DNA of 64,000 nucleotides from Candidatus Sumerlaeaceae bacterium (GCA_051003195.1 JBPCLP010000013.1:88366-152365), one strand, 5' to 3'; positions 20,765 to 30,563 are shown, counted from the stretch's first letter. Notes: generated by a model from the sequence alone, not told the origin. Numbers and translations: made by a program.

Positions 20765-20859
20765 TCATACCCCAGGGTTGAGTCACGCTTTGCGCTTCTC
20801 CACACGGTGCCTGCTCCAACATTCTTAACCCGATTGACAACGCCAGTGCGACTCGAAAG

Positions 20860-22674
20860 ATGCCACGGCTAGTCCACGAAACCCGAGGTTCATCTGTGAA
20901 AAAAGCTCTGCTGATGGCTGCACTCGCAACTGCAGCCGCAATATCTCCTGCCGCAGACGCGGAAATTATTGTCGAGTCCGCTGCGGATGGTTATAACGCG
21001 GACGCATTCAAGCAGACCGTGGGCCGATGGGCCGAGAGCACGGCCAAGAGCAAAGCGCCTGGACTGCGCGCCACTCACTCCTTCTTTAATGAGCCAAACA
21101 CAACGGGTCCCGCCTCTGCCCGATTCGTCCCAAACATCCCGCTCGCAGGCCATTATGAGGTCTTCGCGACCTACCCCGAGTCCGGAAACGCCTCCGCGGT
21201 GCCCTACAAAATCGTTTCCGCTGATGGTGAGAAAATCGTCACGATTGATCAGAATGGCCGCGATCCTTCCGTCAAGCCGCCTGCCCACCAGTGGTTCTCA
21301 CTCGGGGTTCACAGTTTTAAACAAGGTTCCGAGGGTTACGTCGAAATCAGCGATCCGCTTACCGGCAAACGACCGCTCGAAAAAGAACCAAACGCGCGTA
21401 TCTATGCCGACGCTATAAAACTCGTACCAACCGACGTGAAATTGCCCGCTGATTATGTAAACAAGATCAACGGGGCTGCCCCGACAGCAGTTACGTCAGC
21501 GCTGCCACCGCAGGGTGCGGTGGCTGTGCCATCCCTCCCGGGCGGAGAAAGCGCTCCGGCCGGTGCTGGGTTACCACCATTACCCGGCCCGAAGGGAAGC
21601 TCGTCTGCCGCTGCTGCGCTTCCGCCCCTGCCTGGTGGCGCAACTTCATTGCCGTCACTACCGTCCTCCACAACCAGTATGCCGCCCCTTTCAGGAGCCA
21701 GCATAGCATCCGCTGCTCCGTCAGCAGCCGGCGCGGCCGGTTTGCCCTCACTGCCGGTGTCATCCCCACTGGATGCCGCAGCCGCCTTGCCCGCGCTGCC
21801 CGGTGGCGCTGCCGCCAGTTCATCCGCCGCACCTTCACTGCCCTCTTTGCCGGGCAATACCCCCCCTGTTAGCACGCTCCCCTCTTTACCCAAAAGTCCC
21901 CTTGGAGCGAATGCCGGAACCGCAGCCCTGCCTGCGCTCCCCCCAGGCGGAATGGGTTCCGCGCCAACCTTACCAGCCCTTGGCGCAGCTTCGGGCAATG
22001 TGCCCTCCGCGCCTCCAGCATCGTCAGGCGGACTTCCGATGTTACCTTCGGGCACCGTCGCTACTCCTGTCGCCGGATCGAACATGCCCGGCCTTCCCGG
22101 CATGGCACTTCCACCCCCGCCGCCCGACACCGCAGGCGCTGCATTGCCGCCGCCGTTGACGGGGCTGGGAACACTTCCCGCGATCCCCGCTGCAAGTGCC
22201 GCAGCGCTACCAGGTACCCCAGCTTTGCCGTCGGGCCTTGCAGTGCCGCCACTTCCCGGCGGAATGAGTTCTGCGGCACTATCGGCGCCGGCTCTGGGAA
22301 CACCCGCATTGTCGATGGCAAATGGCGGAATTGATAATTCGAATATCCAATGGGGCTTCGACTACGGCGCCGCGCTTAACCAGGCGCGAGCCGCTAATAA
22401 AAAGGTCCTCGTGTTTTTCGTCGCGCCCGGCAACCGCCAGGCCATCAAATATGAGACCGATTACTTCCAGAACCCCGCCGTAAGGCCGGTACTCGACCAG
22501 TACGTCCTGGTGAAGATTAATTTCCCGCAGAACACCAGGCTGGGATATGCCCTCGACATTTACGGCGCCGGGCAAATTGCGATCGCCGAACCTTCCGGCA
22601 CCAGGATTGGTTCGATCCAGGCCATTCCTGCCACGGCTGAAGATCTCATCAAACAGCTCCAGGCAATTAAGTAG
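20860..22674 (+). CDS. Secreted golvesin/CBM-like domain, long LPxLP linker and Cys-less thioredoxin-like domain
   Basis: GHYEVFATYP, TIDQNG, WFSLG and YADAIKL motifs; C-terminal WGFDYGAALNQARAANKKVLVFF. Confidence 0.75.
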   Translation: MPRLVHETRGSSVKKALLMAALATAAAISPAADAEIIVESAADGYNADAFKQTVGRWAESTAKSKAPGLRATHSFFNEPNTTGPASARFVPNIPLAGHYEVFATYPESGNASAVPYKIVSADGEKIVTIDQNGRDPSVKPPAHQWFSLGVHSFKQGSEGYVEISDPLTGKRPLEKEPNARIYADAIKLVPTDVKLPADYVNKINGAAPTAVTSALPPQGAVAVPSLPGGESAPAGAGLPPLPGPKGSSSAAAALPPLPGGATSLPSLPSSTTSMPPLSGASIASAAPSAAGAAGLPSLPVSSPLDAAAALPALPGGAAASSSAAPSLPSLPGNTPPVSTLPSLPKSPLGANAGTAALPALPPGGMGSAPTLPALGAASGNVPSAPPASSGGLPMLPSGTVATPVAGSNMPGLPGMALPPPPPDTAGAALPPPLTGLGTLPAIPAASAAALPGTPALPSGLAVPPLPGGMSSAALSAPALGTPALSMANGGIDNSNIQWGFDYGAALNQARAANKKVLVFFVAPGNRQAIKYETDYFQNPAVRPVLDQYVLVKINFPQNTRLGYALDIYGAGQIAIAEPSGTRIGSIQAIPATAEDLIKQLQAIK

Positions 22675-22683
22675 CAGCCAACC

Positions 22684-23025
22684 TTACGCCGAGCCGAATT
22701 CCGCCGCGCGTGGGTGCGGCGCCATAAACACCAGTAACGTCGCGCGCGTCCGTCCTGGGTTCCGCACGCCATGTTCCTCACCCGCACGAGCCCACAATGC
22801 GTCGCCGGCAGTCGCAGGCACGTCCTCACTGCCGTCGCGAAAAACCACCTCGCCGCTCAAGACGTAATAAACCTTATCCTCTGCCTCGTGTGCATGGACT
22901 TTTTGCTCCTGGCCGGCCTCCAGGCAGTAAAGATCGCAGAAGAACCGCGCGTTCTCAAAGAGGTTTACCTTGTTCAGCTTTTCCGGGCGAAAATAAGTCT
23001 GCTCCGAAACGCGCTTGAGCGGCAC
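22684..23025 (-). CDS. Cupin domain protein
   Basis: GQEQKVHAH, YYVLSGE and GEEHGVRN. Confidence 0.85.
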   Translation of the reverse strand: MPLKRVSEQTYFRPEKLNKVNLFENARFFCDLYCLEAGQEQKVHAHEAEDKVYYVLSGEVVFRDGSEDVPATAGDALWARAGEEHGVRNPGRTRATLLVFMAPHPRAAEFGSA

Positions 23026-23031
23026 TGAGGG

Positions 23032-23289
23032 TTAGGCGGCGATGCTGTCGGTGAGGATGATCGCGCTGTTACGCGCAACCTCGGCAAAGCCGCCGCTGAT
23101 GTGAAGAACACGCTCCGCCGTTCCGTTGATAATCGTCAATTTGCCTTTGCCCAGCGAGGCAATGAGAGGTGCATGGTCCGCCATCACGCCGAAATAGCCA
23201 TCTTCGCCCGGGATGACCACCGACGTGACCTGTTCATCCAGAACCAGCTTTTCCTGCGTGAAGACCTGAAGTCGAAATGGCTTGGCCAT
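23032..23289 (-). CDS. atpC: ATP synthase F1 epsilon subunit, short form
   Basis: IPGEDGYFGVMADHAPLI and ISGGFAEV; ends right after the beta-sandwich (85 aa). Confidence 0.9.
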   Translation of the reverse strand: MAKPFRLQVFTQEKLVLDEQVTSVVIPGEDGYFGVMADHAPLIASLGKGKLTIINGTAERVLHISGGFAEVARNSAIILTDSIAA

Positions 23290-23374
23290 AATTACTCCCA
23301 ATTATGCTGAACTTACCTGCTCTACAGCGGCGGCAGTGCTTTTATCCACGAAAACGGCGGCTTGCTGCGCAAGT

Positions 23375-23402
23375 AAAAAGGCCGCCGGAGGGCGGCCCTT
23401 TT
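23375..23402. terminator. Bidirectional-type intrinsic terminator after the amidase gene
   Basis: AAAAA-GGCCGCC-GGAG-GGCGGCC-CTTTT. Confidence 0.75.
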
Positions 23403-23424
23403 CAATCCAGTATGAACAGGTTTC

Positions 23425-24708
23425 TCAGTTGGCGACCTTCTTGAATTTCGGCACGGTCTTGCTTACCGTTTTCGCGTCGGCGACACTCGTCGTCTTCCTG
23501 GCAGGCGCCTTCACAGAAACGACCGGCTTGGAAATCTGTGCCGTCGTGGTCTTCTTCTTTGATACCGCGCTGACCTTGGAAACAACCTTCTTCGCGTCTT
23601 TCGAAGCCGTCTTTGCGGTCGTCTTCGCCGCGCTTGCCAGCTTCGAAGCGGTCCCCTTGATTCGGGACTTGGCCTTCGCGATCGCTGAACCGTTCGTCTT
23701 CTTCGCCTGAAGGCTGCTATTGCCTACCTCACGCCGCGAAACCTCGCTGCCTTGCGCATCGTAAGTAACTTCCTCGTAGCGCACGCCAAAGAGCGAGTGC
23801 CGCTCGACGATCTGGCGCCGAATGAAGCTGGCATCAGCCATCATCTGGGCGCTGCCCGCCTGGTCGTCAATCGGTGCGAAGATCGTGTTGAAATCAACCT
23901 GCCGACCACGGCTGAGGCGCACATAGTTAAGTATGCCGGTAGCGATTGCCTTGGCTTCCATCTTATTATAGGAAAGTTGTGCGAGCCGCTGATCTTCGGT
24001 TGGACTGCTCAGGAAGGACGCCTCGACGATGACGCCGGGCATTTTGATCCTGTTAAGTACGCGATAGTCACCAATTTTGCCGCCGATGTTCTGCGTGCCG
24101 ATGTACTTGGAAACCGCGTTCGAGATGTTCTCGGCCAGGCTGACCGCCGCGTTTACGCCCTTGGGATAAAAGCACGCGGTGTAGTTAGTGCCGGGTTTGC
24201 CCGCAGCTTCGTTATGGTGCACGCTGATGAAGAGGTCGCAGTTGTTCATGTTCGCCATATCGCTACGGAAGTCCAGCTCGGCGCGCTTGCAGGTGTCGCC
24301 CTGGCAGCGCTCCTCCCGTTCGCGCGTCATGAACACCTGGGCGCCGGCCGCTTTCAGGTACTCACGAAGGATGAGCGAGACGCGAAGATTTACATCGCTC
24401 TCCGTCTGGCCCGTGGCCACACCGATCGTTCCGCCCGTGTAGTGAGTTTTGGTGAGGTACTGTCCCCCGTGTCCGGGATCCACACAGATCTTCACGCCAT
24501 CGAGCGGGCGATTCGAACTCGCAAACGCCGAGATTGGCGAGCGGCTCGTGAACGGCGTGGCTTCGGTTACCTGCTGTAGTTTCAGGTTAGCGAGGTGCGG
24601 CGCAGGATTAAGCTCTGGCATCGACGCGCGGTCGGCTTCGTAACCTTGGGGTATAAAGGCGAGTGAAGCACATATGCTTCCAGCCATCAGGTATCTCCAA
24701 GACTGCAT
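23425..24708 (-). CDS. N-acetylmuramoyl-L-alanine amidase (Amidase_3) with Lys-rich tail
   Basis: VDPGHGG, ESDVNL, FISVHHN and VIVEASFLS motifs. Confidence 0.92.
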   Translation of the reverse strand: MQSWRYLMAGSICASLAFIPQGYEADRASMPELNPAPHLANLKLQQVTEATPFTSRSPISAFASSNRPLDGVKICVDPGHGGQYLTKTHYTGGTIGVATGQTESDVNLRVSLILREYLKAAGAQVFMTREREERCQGDTCKRAELDFRSDMANMNNCDLFISVHHNEAAGKPGTNYTACFYPKGVNAAVSLAENISNAVSKYIGTQNIGGKIGDYRVLNRIKMPGVIVEASFLSSPTEDQRLAQLSYNKMEAKAIATGILNYVRLSRGRQVDFNTIFAPIDDQAGSAQMMADASFIRRQIVERHSLFGVRYEEVTYDAQGSEVSRREVGNSSLQAKKTNGSAIAKAKSRIKGTASKLASAAKTTAKTASKDAKKVVSKVSAVSKKKTTTAQISKPVVSVKAPARKTTSVADAKTVSKTVPKFKKVAN

Positions 24709-24774
24709 CCGTGACTCCTTATAATACTTAGTTGCTGTGCCTCCACAGGCACAACTTTTGCCCTGCACAACCCA

Positions 24775-25899
24775 TCAGGGTAGGGTATTAGCTGCTCTAT
24801 CCTTTGCGACGCGGTCCCAGTGAATGCACCTTACGGAATGGCTGGGAGAAACCTCGTACAAGGGCGGGACACCCTGTGTACATTCAGCCGTTGCGTACGG
24901 ACATCTTGGATGGAACCGGCATCCCGCCGGATGTAAACTTGGATCAGGCACGTTCCCTTCGATCGAGTAAAGCTTTTTCTGCTGTTTGATCTCATCAATA
25001 CGGGGGATGGATTTCAGCAGACCAAGCGTATACGGATGAAGCGGTTCGGCAAACAGCGAGTTAACATCAGCATATTCAACAATCTGACCTGCGTACATGA
25101 CTGCCACATGGTCGCTGATCTCCGCGATTACCCCAAGGTCGTGCGTGATCATCATAATGGAAGACCCGAACTCTTCCTTCAGGTCCTCCATCAGGTTCAG
25201 AATCTGCGCCTGCACGGTCACATCCAGCGCCGTTGTCGGCTCGTCGGCAATCAGCAGGTCCGGATTGCACGCGAGCGCCATTGCAATCATCACGCGCTGG
25301 CGCATTCCCCCGCTCATCTGGTGGGGATACTCTCTCACCCGCTGCTGTGCACTGGGGATCCGCACAAGGTCCAGCATACGGACGGCTTCGCGAATAGACT
25401 CGCGCTTGCCCATGCCCCGGTGCACGCGAAACGCCTCGCCAATCTGGTCGCCCACCGTGAACACCGGGTTCAGCGAGGTCATGGGCTCCTGGAAGATCAT
25501 CGAAATCTTGTTACCGCGCACCTTGCGCATGTCGCGCTCTGGCAGGTCCAGCAGGTTCTGGCCGCGGTAAAAAATCTGGCCGCCCTCGATCTTACCCGGC
25601 GGCGACTGGATGAGGCGCATGATGCTGAGCGAGGTGACTGACTTGCCGCACCCTGATTCACCGACAATGCCCAGCGTCTGCCCTTTGCCAATGGCAAAGC
25701 TTACGCCGTCCACCGCCTTCGACGTACCCTCCGAAGTGTGGAAGTAGGTCCGGAGATTTTCGACCACGAGCAGATATTTGGCGGGGTCGAAGTTGGGCTG
25801 TTGGTATTTGGGGACGGACTCCGCCTCGGCAGACGGTGGGCCACTGGGCAGATCGCGCAGGACCGGCGCACCTGTGGGCGTCGTGGCAAGTTGAGCCAT
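24775..25899 (-). CDS. Oligopeptide/dipeptide ABC transporter ATP-binding protein (OppD/DppD-like)
   Basis: [30 protein letters not shown] and C-terminal GCRFHPRC. Confidence 0.95.
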   Translation of the reverse strand: MAQLATTPTGAPVLRDLPSGPPSAEAESVPKYQQPNFDPAKYLLVVENLRTYFHTSEGTSKAVDGVSFAIGKGQTLGIVGESGCGKSVTSLSIMRLIQSPPGKIEGGQIFYRGQNLLDLPERDMRKVRGNKISMIFQEPMTSLNPVFTVGDQIGEAFRVHRGMGKRESIREAVRMLDLVRIPSAQQRVREYPHQMSGGMRQRVMIAMALACNPDLLIADEPTTALDVTVQAQILNLMEDLKEEFGSSIMMITHDLGVIAEISDHVAVMYAGQIVEYADVNSLFAEPLHPYTLGLLKSIPRIDEIKQQKKLYSIEGNVPDPSLHPAGCRFHPRCPYATAECTQGVPPLYEVSPSHSVRCIHWDRVAKDRAANTLP

Positions 25900-26444
25900 C
25901 TGCTACACGCTTCCCCGGCATTTCACGTGACGCATAACCTCGCACCTTGTTTTGCTCCGCAGGCCTGTCAACCCACTTGTGACCGCGCGCAAACACATTC
26001 GCGGAGCGGCCGCAGGCCAGCGTCGTTCCGCCGGCCCCCCACTTTCCAGTCGACTACTTAACATAGTAACACCCCATCCAGGAAATGGACAACAAGGGGG
26101 TTGTTGAATAACCCACTTCCCATACGGCCGCCGATCCGTGCTCAACTGAAGTAAAGGCCGAAGTGCCTTCGTTTTGAAGAACTCACATCGGGCGCCAATG
26201 ATATGCTCAGCAGGCCCATACGATTGTTAAACCAGCACATCCTGGTTTTCACGCGCACGCATCCCTGAAATCGCATTCAAAAACCCACAACATGTGTAGG
26301 CGCAACGTGGCGCGCAGACGTAAGCCAACCACCTGTGGAACACCCATTCTGTAAGGGCGTGGGCCGCCTCCGTACCCTTTATTCTTGCCACTTCCGCAAT
26401 GCCTGCGGCACTCCTCGTTGTAGTCTACAGCTGGGGGTTGTTAG

Positions 26445-27353
26445 ATGGCAGAGCCAGAAAACCTTTCCGAGCTCATCGACGAAACGTCAGTGGCCCTCAC
26501 GCTGCTGATCGAGCGGATCGCCGAGAGCCAGCAGCACGTCGAAGAAATCGGTATTTCCGCGGCTGACTCCTGGAAGTCGGTCGAGACCAACCTGGTGGCC
26601 GCCGACGAGCAACTTACCGCTCTCGACACCGCGATGGAAAACGTCCACTCCTTCCTCGATACACACGCCGAGGTGGAGAAGGGCCGGTTTGACGATCTCG
26701 CCGAAGCGCTTCAGATGATCGAAGTCACCCTGGCGGAAACGGGCAAGCGCATCGAATCCGACGAACAGATCCTTGCAGAGCGCTTTACGGACATGCAGAC
26801 AAACCTGGGCTCCACGCTCGCGGGATGGACCGAGGCTGCGAACCACTACACCACGGACCTCCGACAGGTGAGCGAGACCATGAGCAACATGGAAGAAACC
26901 CTGGCGGAGGCTGCTGAGTCGCTCGACGAGGAACTGGCCGATGCGAAGACCGGTGTGACCGAGGATATCGAAAAGATTATCGCCGAAATATCCGACACGG
27001 ACGAGACAATCAAGGCCGCAACCGCGTCCATCATCGAAGCTATTGATGAGCTGGTAACGCCGGCGCTGGAGTCCGCAGAATCCTTTAAGGCGGAATTCAA
27101 GGAACTCAGCGGAAGTGTTTTCGACGACATCGAGGAAAAGTTCGAGGAAGGGTTCGAAGAGTCGCTCGAGCAACTGGGCGATGGCGTCGGCGGCGCACTC
27201 GCAATCGTGGACCAGGCGATGCAGACGAAAGTAACCGAAAACGAGGAAGCGATGGCCGCGCTGGAGAAGGCGGTCGACGACTGCTCGGCGACGGCAAAGG
27301 CCGCGTGCGATCACGTGCAAGATGCGTTTTCCCACTGGGAGCGACACGTATAA
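26445..27353 (+). CDS. Acidic all-helical hypothetical protein 1
   Basis: 302 aa, rich in E/D/A/L, amphipathic periodicity, no signal peptide. Confidence 0.85.
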   Translation: MAEPENLSELIDETSVALTLLIERIAESQQHVEEIGISAADSWKSVETNLVAADEQLTALDTAMENVHSFLDTHAEVEKGRFDDLAEALQMIEVTLAETGKRIESDEQILAERFTDMQTNLGSTLAGWTEAANHYTTDLRQVSETMSNMEETLAEAAESLDEELADAKTGVTEDIEKIIAEISDTDETIKAATASIIEAIDELVTPALESAESFKAEFKELSGSVFDDIEEKFEEGFEESLEQLGDGVGGALAIVDQAMQTKVTENEEAMAALEKAVDDCSATAKAACDHVQDAFSHWERHV

Positions 27354-27383
27354 TGCGTCGCACACCTGAAAGGACAATGAACC

Positions 27384-28421
27384 ATGGCTGATCCGAATAC
27401 AACACTGGTGCAGTCGCGCGAGATGCTCGTGTCGCTGCGGGACGGGATCGTTGCATCGAACCTGCAGCTGGAGACCCTTTCTGCTGCGCATGACGCGAAT
27501 GCGAAAGAACGGCAGGAGCACTCCAACGCCCTCTACGATGCACTGTCCGACATCACCGCATCCTGCGCGACCGCGCAGACCAATATTGTCGAAGCCAATG
27601 GCGAGCTCATCCCGATCATCGAGGGGCTCGGCAACTACCTTGAGACCGAGCACACGCAGCTAACGCAGGAAGCCACCACTCACGCCGATGAGACCGAACA
27701 GCTCATGCAGGAGCACCACGAGGAACTGGTTAAGCTCGAGCAATCTTCCAACGCCCACCGCGACGAGGTTGCCGATGTGATTGCACGTTTTGAAGAAGCC
27801 GTGAAGGAGCAGGTGGAAGCGCACGGCGAATTCGAACACGCATACTCGACCATTGCCGACGACCTGGTAAATGCGCGCACGCACCTCGACGAGCTGATCA
27901 AGGCGCACGAAACTGCAAGAGACGCACTGCTGGAGCACGTCGAGGAGTTCGTCGCCGCAATCGATGAGACCGCCGATTCGTTTGTGACGCATCTGGACGA
28001 ATCCAAGTCGACGCTGGAGGAAGCACGCGAGGAAACTCAACAGAAAGTCTTCGCCGCGTACAATCAGTTCCGCGAATCTGTCCTCGCAACGATCGCCGAG
28101 ATCAACAGCGACATGGCTAAAAATATCGATGTAACGCTGCAACACATCGAGGAGATATCGAACAAGCTTGAGGCCGACTTTGACGAAGCGTGGCACGACA
28201 TCCTGCGTGGCGGGTTTCGTGATATTGCTGAAAGCATCGTCGATACTGTCGGCGGCTATCTCTTCGACAATCTGAAGGATCGCGCGATGGACTATGCTGA
28301 ATTCGCAGTTAAGCGCGCTTTCCCGGTCGCCGGGGTGGTCATTACTTTTCTGGAAGAAGCCGACGAAATTTACTCAGGCATCCAATCCATCTACGACATC
28401 CTGGAAACCATCAGCGAATAG
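27384..28421 (+). CDS. Acidic all-helical hypothetical protein 2
   Basis: 345 aa with AGGA RBS; His-rich helical body and a more hydrophobic C-terminus (FPVAGVVITFL). Confidence 0.85.
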   Translation: MADPNTTLVQSREMLVSLRDGIVASNLQLETLSAAHDANAKERQEHSNALYDALSDITASCATAQTNIVEANGELIPIIEGLGNYLETEHTQLTQEATTHADETEQLMQEHHEELVKLEQSSNAHRDEVADVIARFEEAVKEQVEAHGEFEHAYSTIADDLVNARTHLDELIKAHETARDALLEHVEEFVAAIDETADSFVTHLDESKSTLEEAREETQQKVFAAYNQFRESVLATIAEINSDMAKNIDVTLQHIEEISNKLEADFDEAWHDILRGGFRDIAESIVDTVGGYLFDNLKDRAMDYAEFAVKRAFPVAGVVITFLEEADEIYSGIQSIYDILETISE

Positions 28422-28436
28422 GAAGGCAGGCAAACC

Positions 28437-29366
28437 ATGGCGCCAACGGATAGTCCCATATTGCAGGCAGCGATGGCCAGCCCCGGCTGGGTGGAAGCTG
28501 CCAACACGATTGCAGATACTTTTGCGGAAGAGCTGCAGCAGGCACAGATGAGCCTGCAGAATCACATGCAGGACCTGCAGGTTCTGCTGGACCAGTTAAA
28601 CGAGGAGCTTACCGGCCTTACAGAAGACTGTGATGCGGCGCACACGGAACTGCAGCAGCGCTTCGCGGAAGTGCGCGAAGAGCTCGCCAGGACGCACGCG
28701 GAAATAGACGCGGCCGAGGAGAAGGTAAAGGCGAGCACCCTTGAGCTGACGCAACACCTGGAAGAACTGGATAAGAAGGTGGACTCCACGCTCGCGGACT
28801 TCAACACCATGCACACGGAGTCGATGGCGTCGCAAACCGAGATGGCCACGAAGTTGCTTGGCGCGCATGGCCGGCTGACCGAGCAAACTATTGAGTTGCC
28901 GATTCGCATCACGGCCCTCATGGCCGCCGTTGCAGTCGCGACGGTCCAGGTGGACGAGGCAGCCCCCGTCTACCGCAAAGGCGTGGAGGCGTTGCAGGAA
29001 GCGGGCGACGACATCGTGGAGAAAGCTGTCGCCACCGAGACCGAGGCGGCAGCGGACTTCGAACAGCAAATGGCCGACATCGATGGGGAATGGTTTCGCC
29101 CGTCGATAACCATGGCCGAGCAGGTGGACGATGTCCTTGATGCAGACGTGGTGGTCCCGTTCCGCGCGCAGGCGGAGAGCTACGGCGCGAAATACATTCA
29201 GCTGGCGACGCAGTTGCGTGCGGAAATTGATGCGGTGAGCGATGCCAGCGACGAAGTCACGCCGATGCAGGAAGTCGCGCAGGAGTTGACCGACCAAGTC
29301 ATTGAGGCCCTTCCAACGGCAAAGGATGTGTTCGACAAGCTCGGAGTGAATTGGCCGGGGCGTTAG
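28437..29366 (+). CDS. Acidic all-helical hypothetical protein 3
   Basis: 309 aa, 15 bp after the previous stop; hydrophobic stretch ITALMAAVAVATV. Confidence 0.85.
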   Translation: MAPTDSPILQAAMASPGWVEAANTIADTFAEELQQAQMSLQNHMQDLQVLLDQLNEELTGLTEDCDAAHTELQQRFAEVREELARTHAEIDAAEEKVKASTLELTQHLEELDKKVDSTLADFNTMHTESMASQTEMATKLLGAHGRLTEQTIELPIRITALMAAVAVATVQVDEAAPVYRKGVEALQEAGDDIVEKAVATETEAAADFEQQMADIDGEWFRPSITMAEQVDDVLDADVVVPFRAQAESYGAKYIQLATQLRAEIDAVSDASDEVTPMQEVAQELTDQVIEALPTAKDVFDKLGVNWPGR

Positions 29367-29420
29367 TTGCGGCGGCAGTAGTGCAGTTATTAACAGGGTC
29401 GTGAAAGAGGCATCTAGAAG

Positions 29421-30317
29421 ATGGATATCCAGGAACTCGCCAACATCGCACTGGTAAACCTGCAGGAACTGGAGCAGTCTGCATCCGAGGTCGAGACACA
29501 AATCGCCGAGATGCAAGGTCAGGCCGACCATACTGTCACTCAGGTGGAAGCCAGGTTCCTCGAAGCCGTGGAAGAGACGACAGCGCTTATGGCCGCGGTT
29601 CAAAAGATGCGCGCCGATTACGCAATCGAACGCGAGCAGGCGCTCGGTGAGCTCACGCAACTCGAGGCCGCCATCCACCAGTTCCGCGATGACGCGGTTC
29701 GCGATCTCTCGCAGGTGGAAACCACGCTGGAGCAGACCAGCACGTCCGTAACCGGGCTGATCGAATCCGTCGACTCAATGGAACAGGACGTGCGCGAGAA
29801 GATCGAGGCCCTGGAACAGGACCTGGAGGAGAAAACGGACGGGGCGCAGCAGATTGCGGACCAGTACATAGATCGTTTCAACGCTTTCAACGACGCGGCG
29901 GAAGAAGGCCGCAACGATATCGCAGAAGCGGGCGAGAACCTCAAATCCAACGTCCAGTACCAGCACGATGAAGTCTTGGTCGCACTCAAGCAGAAGTTCG
30001 AACCCATCGAGAGCCGCGCAACGTCGTTGGATTCCCTGCTGGAGAACGAGGCCCTTGCCCGTAACAGCGATTCTTCGCTGATTATTTCAAAGGCAGGAGC
30101 TTCGCTGCGGGCGAAGGTGGCCGAGGTAAAAGAAGCCGCAGGAAAATTCCACGAAGAAATGGAAGAGCGGCTCGAGGAGATCTCCGATCGCGGCGGCGCG
30201 CTCATCTTTGCGACTAAGGTTGCTGAGACTTCCATGTCGGACCTCACTGGGCAATGGGGAGTGAGCCTGGTCATCTTCCGCAGCGCAACCGAGACGCTGA
30301 AAGCCCTGGGGAAGTGA
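29421..30317 (+). CDS. Acidic all-helical hypothetical protein 4
   Basis: 298 aa; N-terminus aligns without gaps to protein 1. Confidence 0.85.
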   Translation: MDIQELANIALVNLQELEQSASEVETQIAEMQGQADHTVTQVEARFLEAVEETTALMAAVQKMRADYAIEREQALGELTQLEAAIHQFRDDAVRDLSQVETTLEQTSTSVTGLIESVDSMEQDVREKIEALEQDLEEKTDGAQQIADQYIDRFNAFNDAAEEGRNDIAEAGENLKSNVQYQHDEVLVALKQKFEPIESRATSLDSLLENEALARNSDSSLIISKAGASLRAKVAEVKEAAGKFHEEMEERLEEISDRGGALIFATKVAETSMSDLTGQWGVSLVIFRSATETLKALGK

Positions 30318-30421
30318 TCTTCCGTCGAAAACGCGTGTCCCGGGGATAGCTCCCAAACTCATAGAAAACTCTCTTGAAGAGCCCGCCGGTAAAGATGCGG
30401 GAATTCTGGATAAGCCACCAA

Positions 30422-30563
30422 CGCGCCAGATCGCAACACGCGTCTGATCTTTCCACCCTCGCGCCAGATCGAACCACGCGTGTGATCTTTCCACCCTCGC
30501 GCCAGAACGCACCACGCGTCTGATCTTTCCACCCTCGCTCCAGATCGCACCACGCGTCTGATC
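30422..30563. repeat. 38-bp tandem repeat, about 3.7 copies
   Basis: Consensus CGCGCCAGATCGCACCACGCGTCTGATCTTTCCACCCT; units start at 30422, 30460, 30498 and 30536. Confidence 0.95.

Noticed and set aside
23342..23350. TTATCCACG, near-consensus DnaA box
   Set aside because: A single imperfect copy with no cluster.
26056..26083. XerD-arm-like ACTTAACATAG (also TTTTGTTAAGT at 36352), possible dif site
   Set aside because: There is no XerC arm at the 6-bp spacing, and the skew direction suggests an origin rather than a terminus.
26487..29678. Long antisense ORFs (388 aa, 360 aa) opposite the acidic proteins
   Set aside because: Shadow frames expected from biased GC-rich codon usage; no protein-like motifs.
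30422..30563. Possible CRISPR array
   Set aside because: The units are contiguous with no unique spacers, and there are no cas genes in the window.
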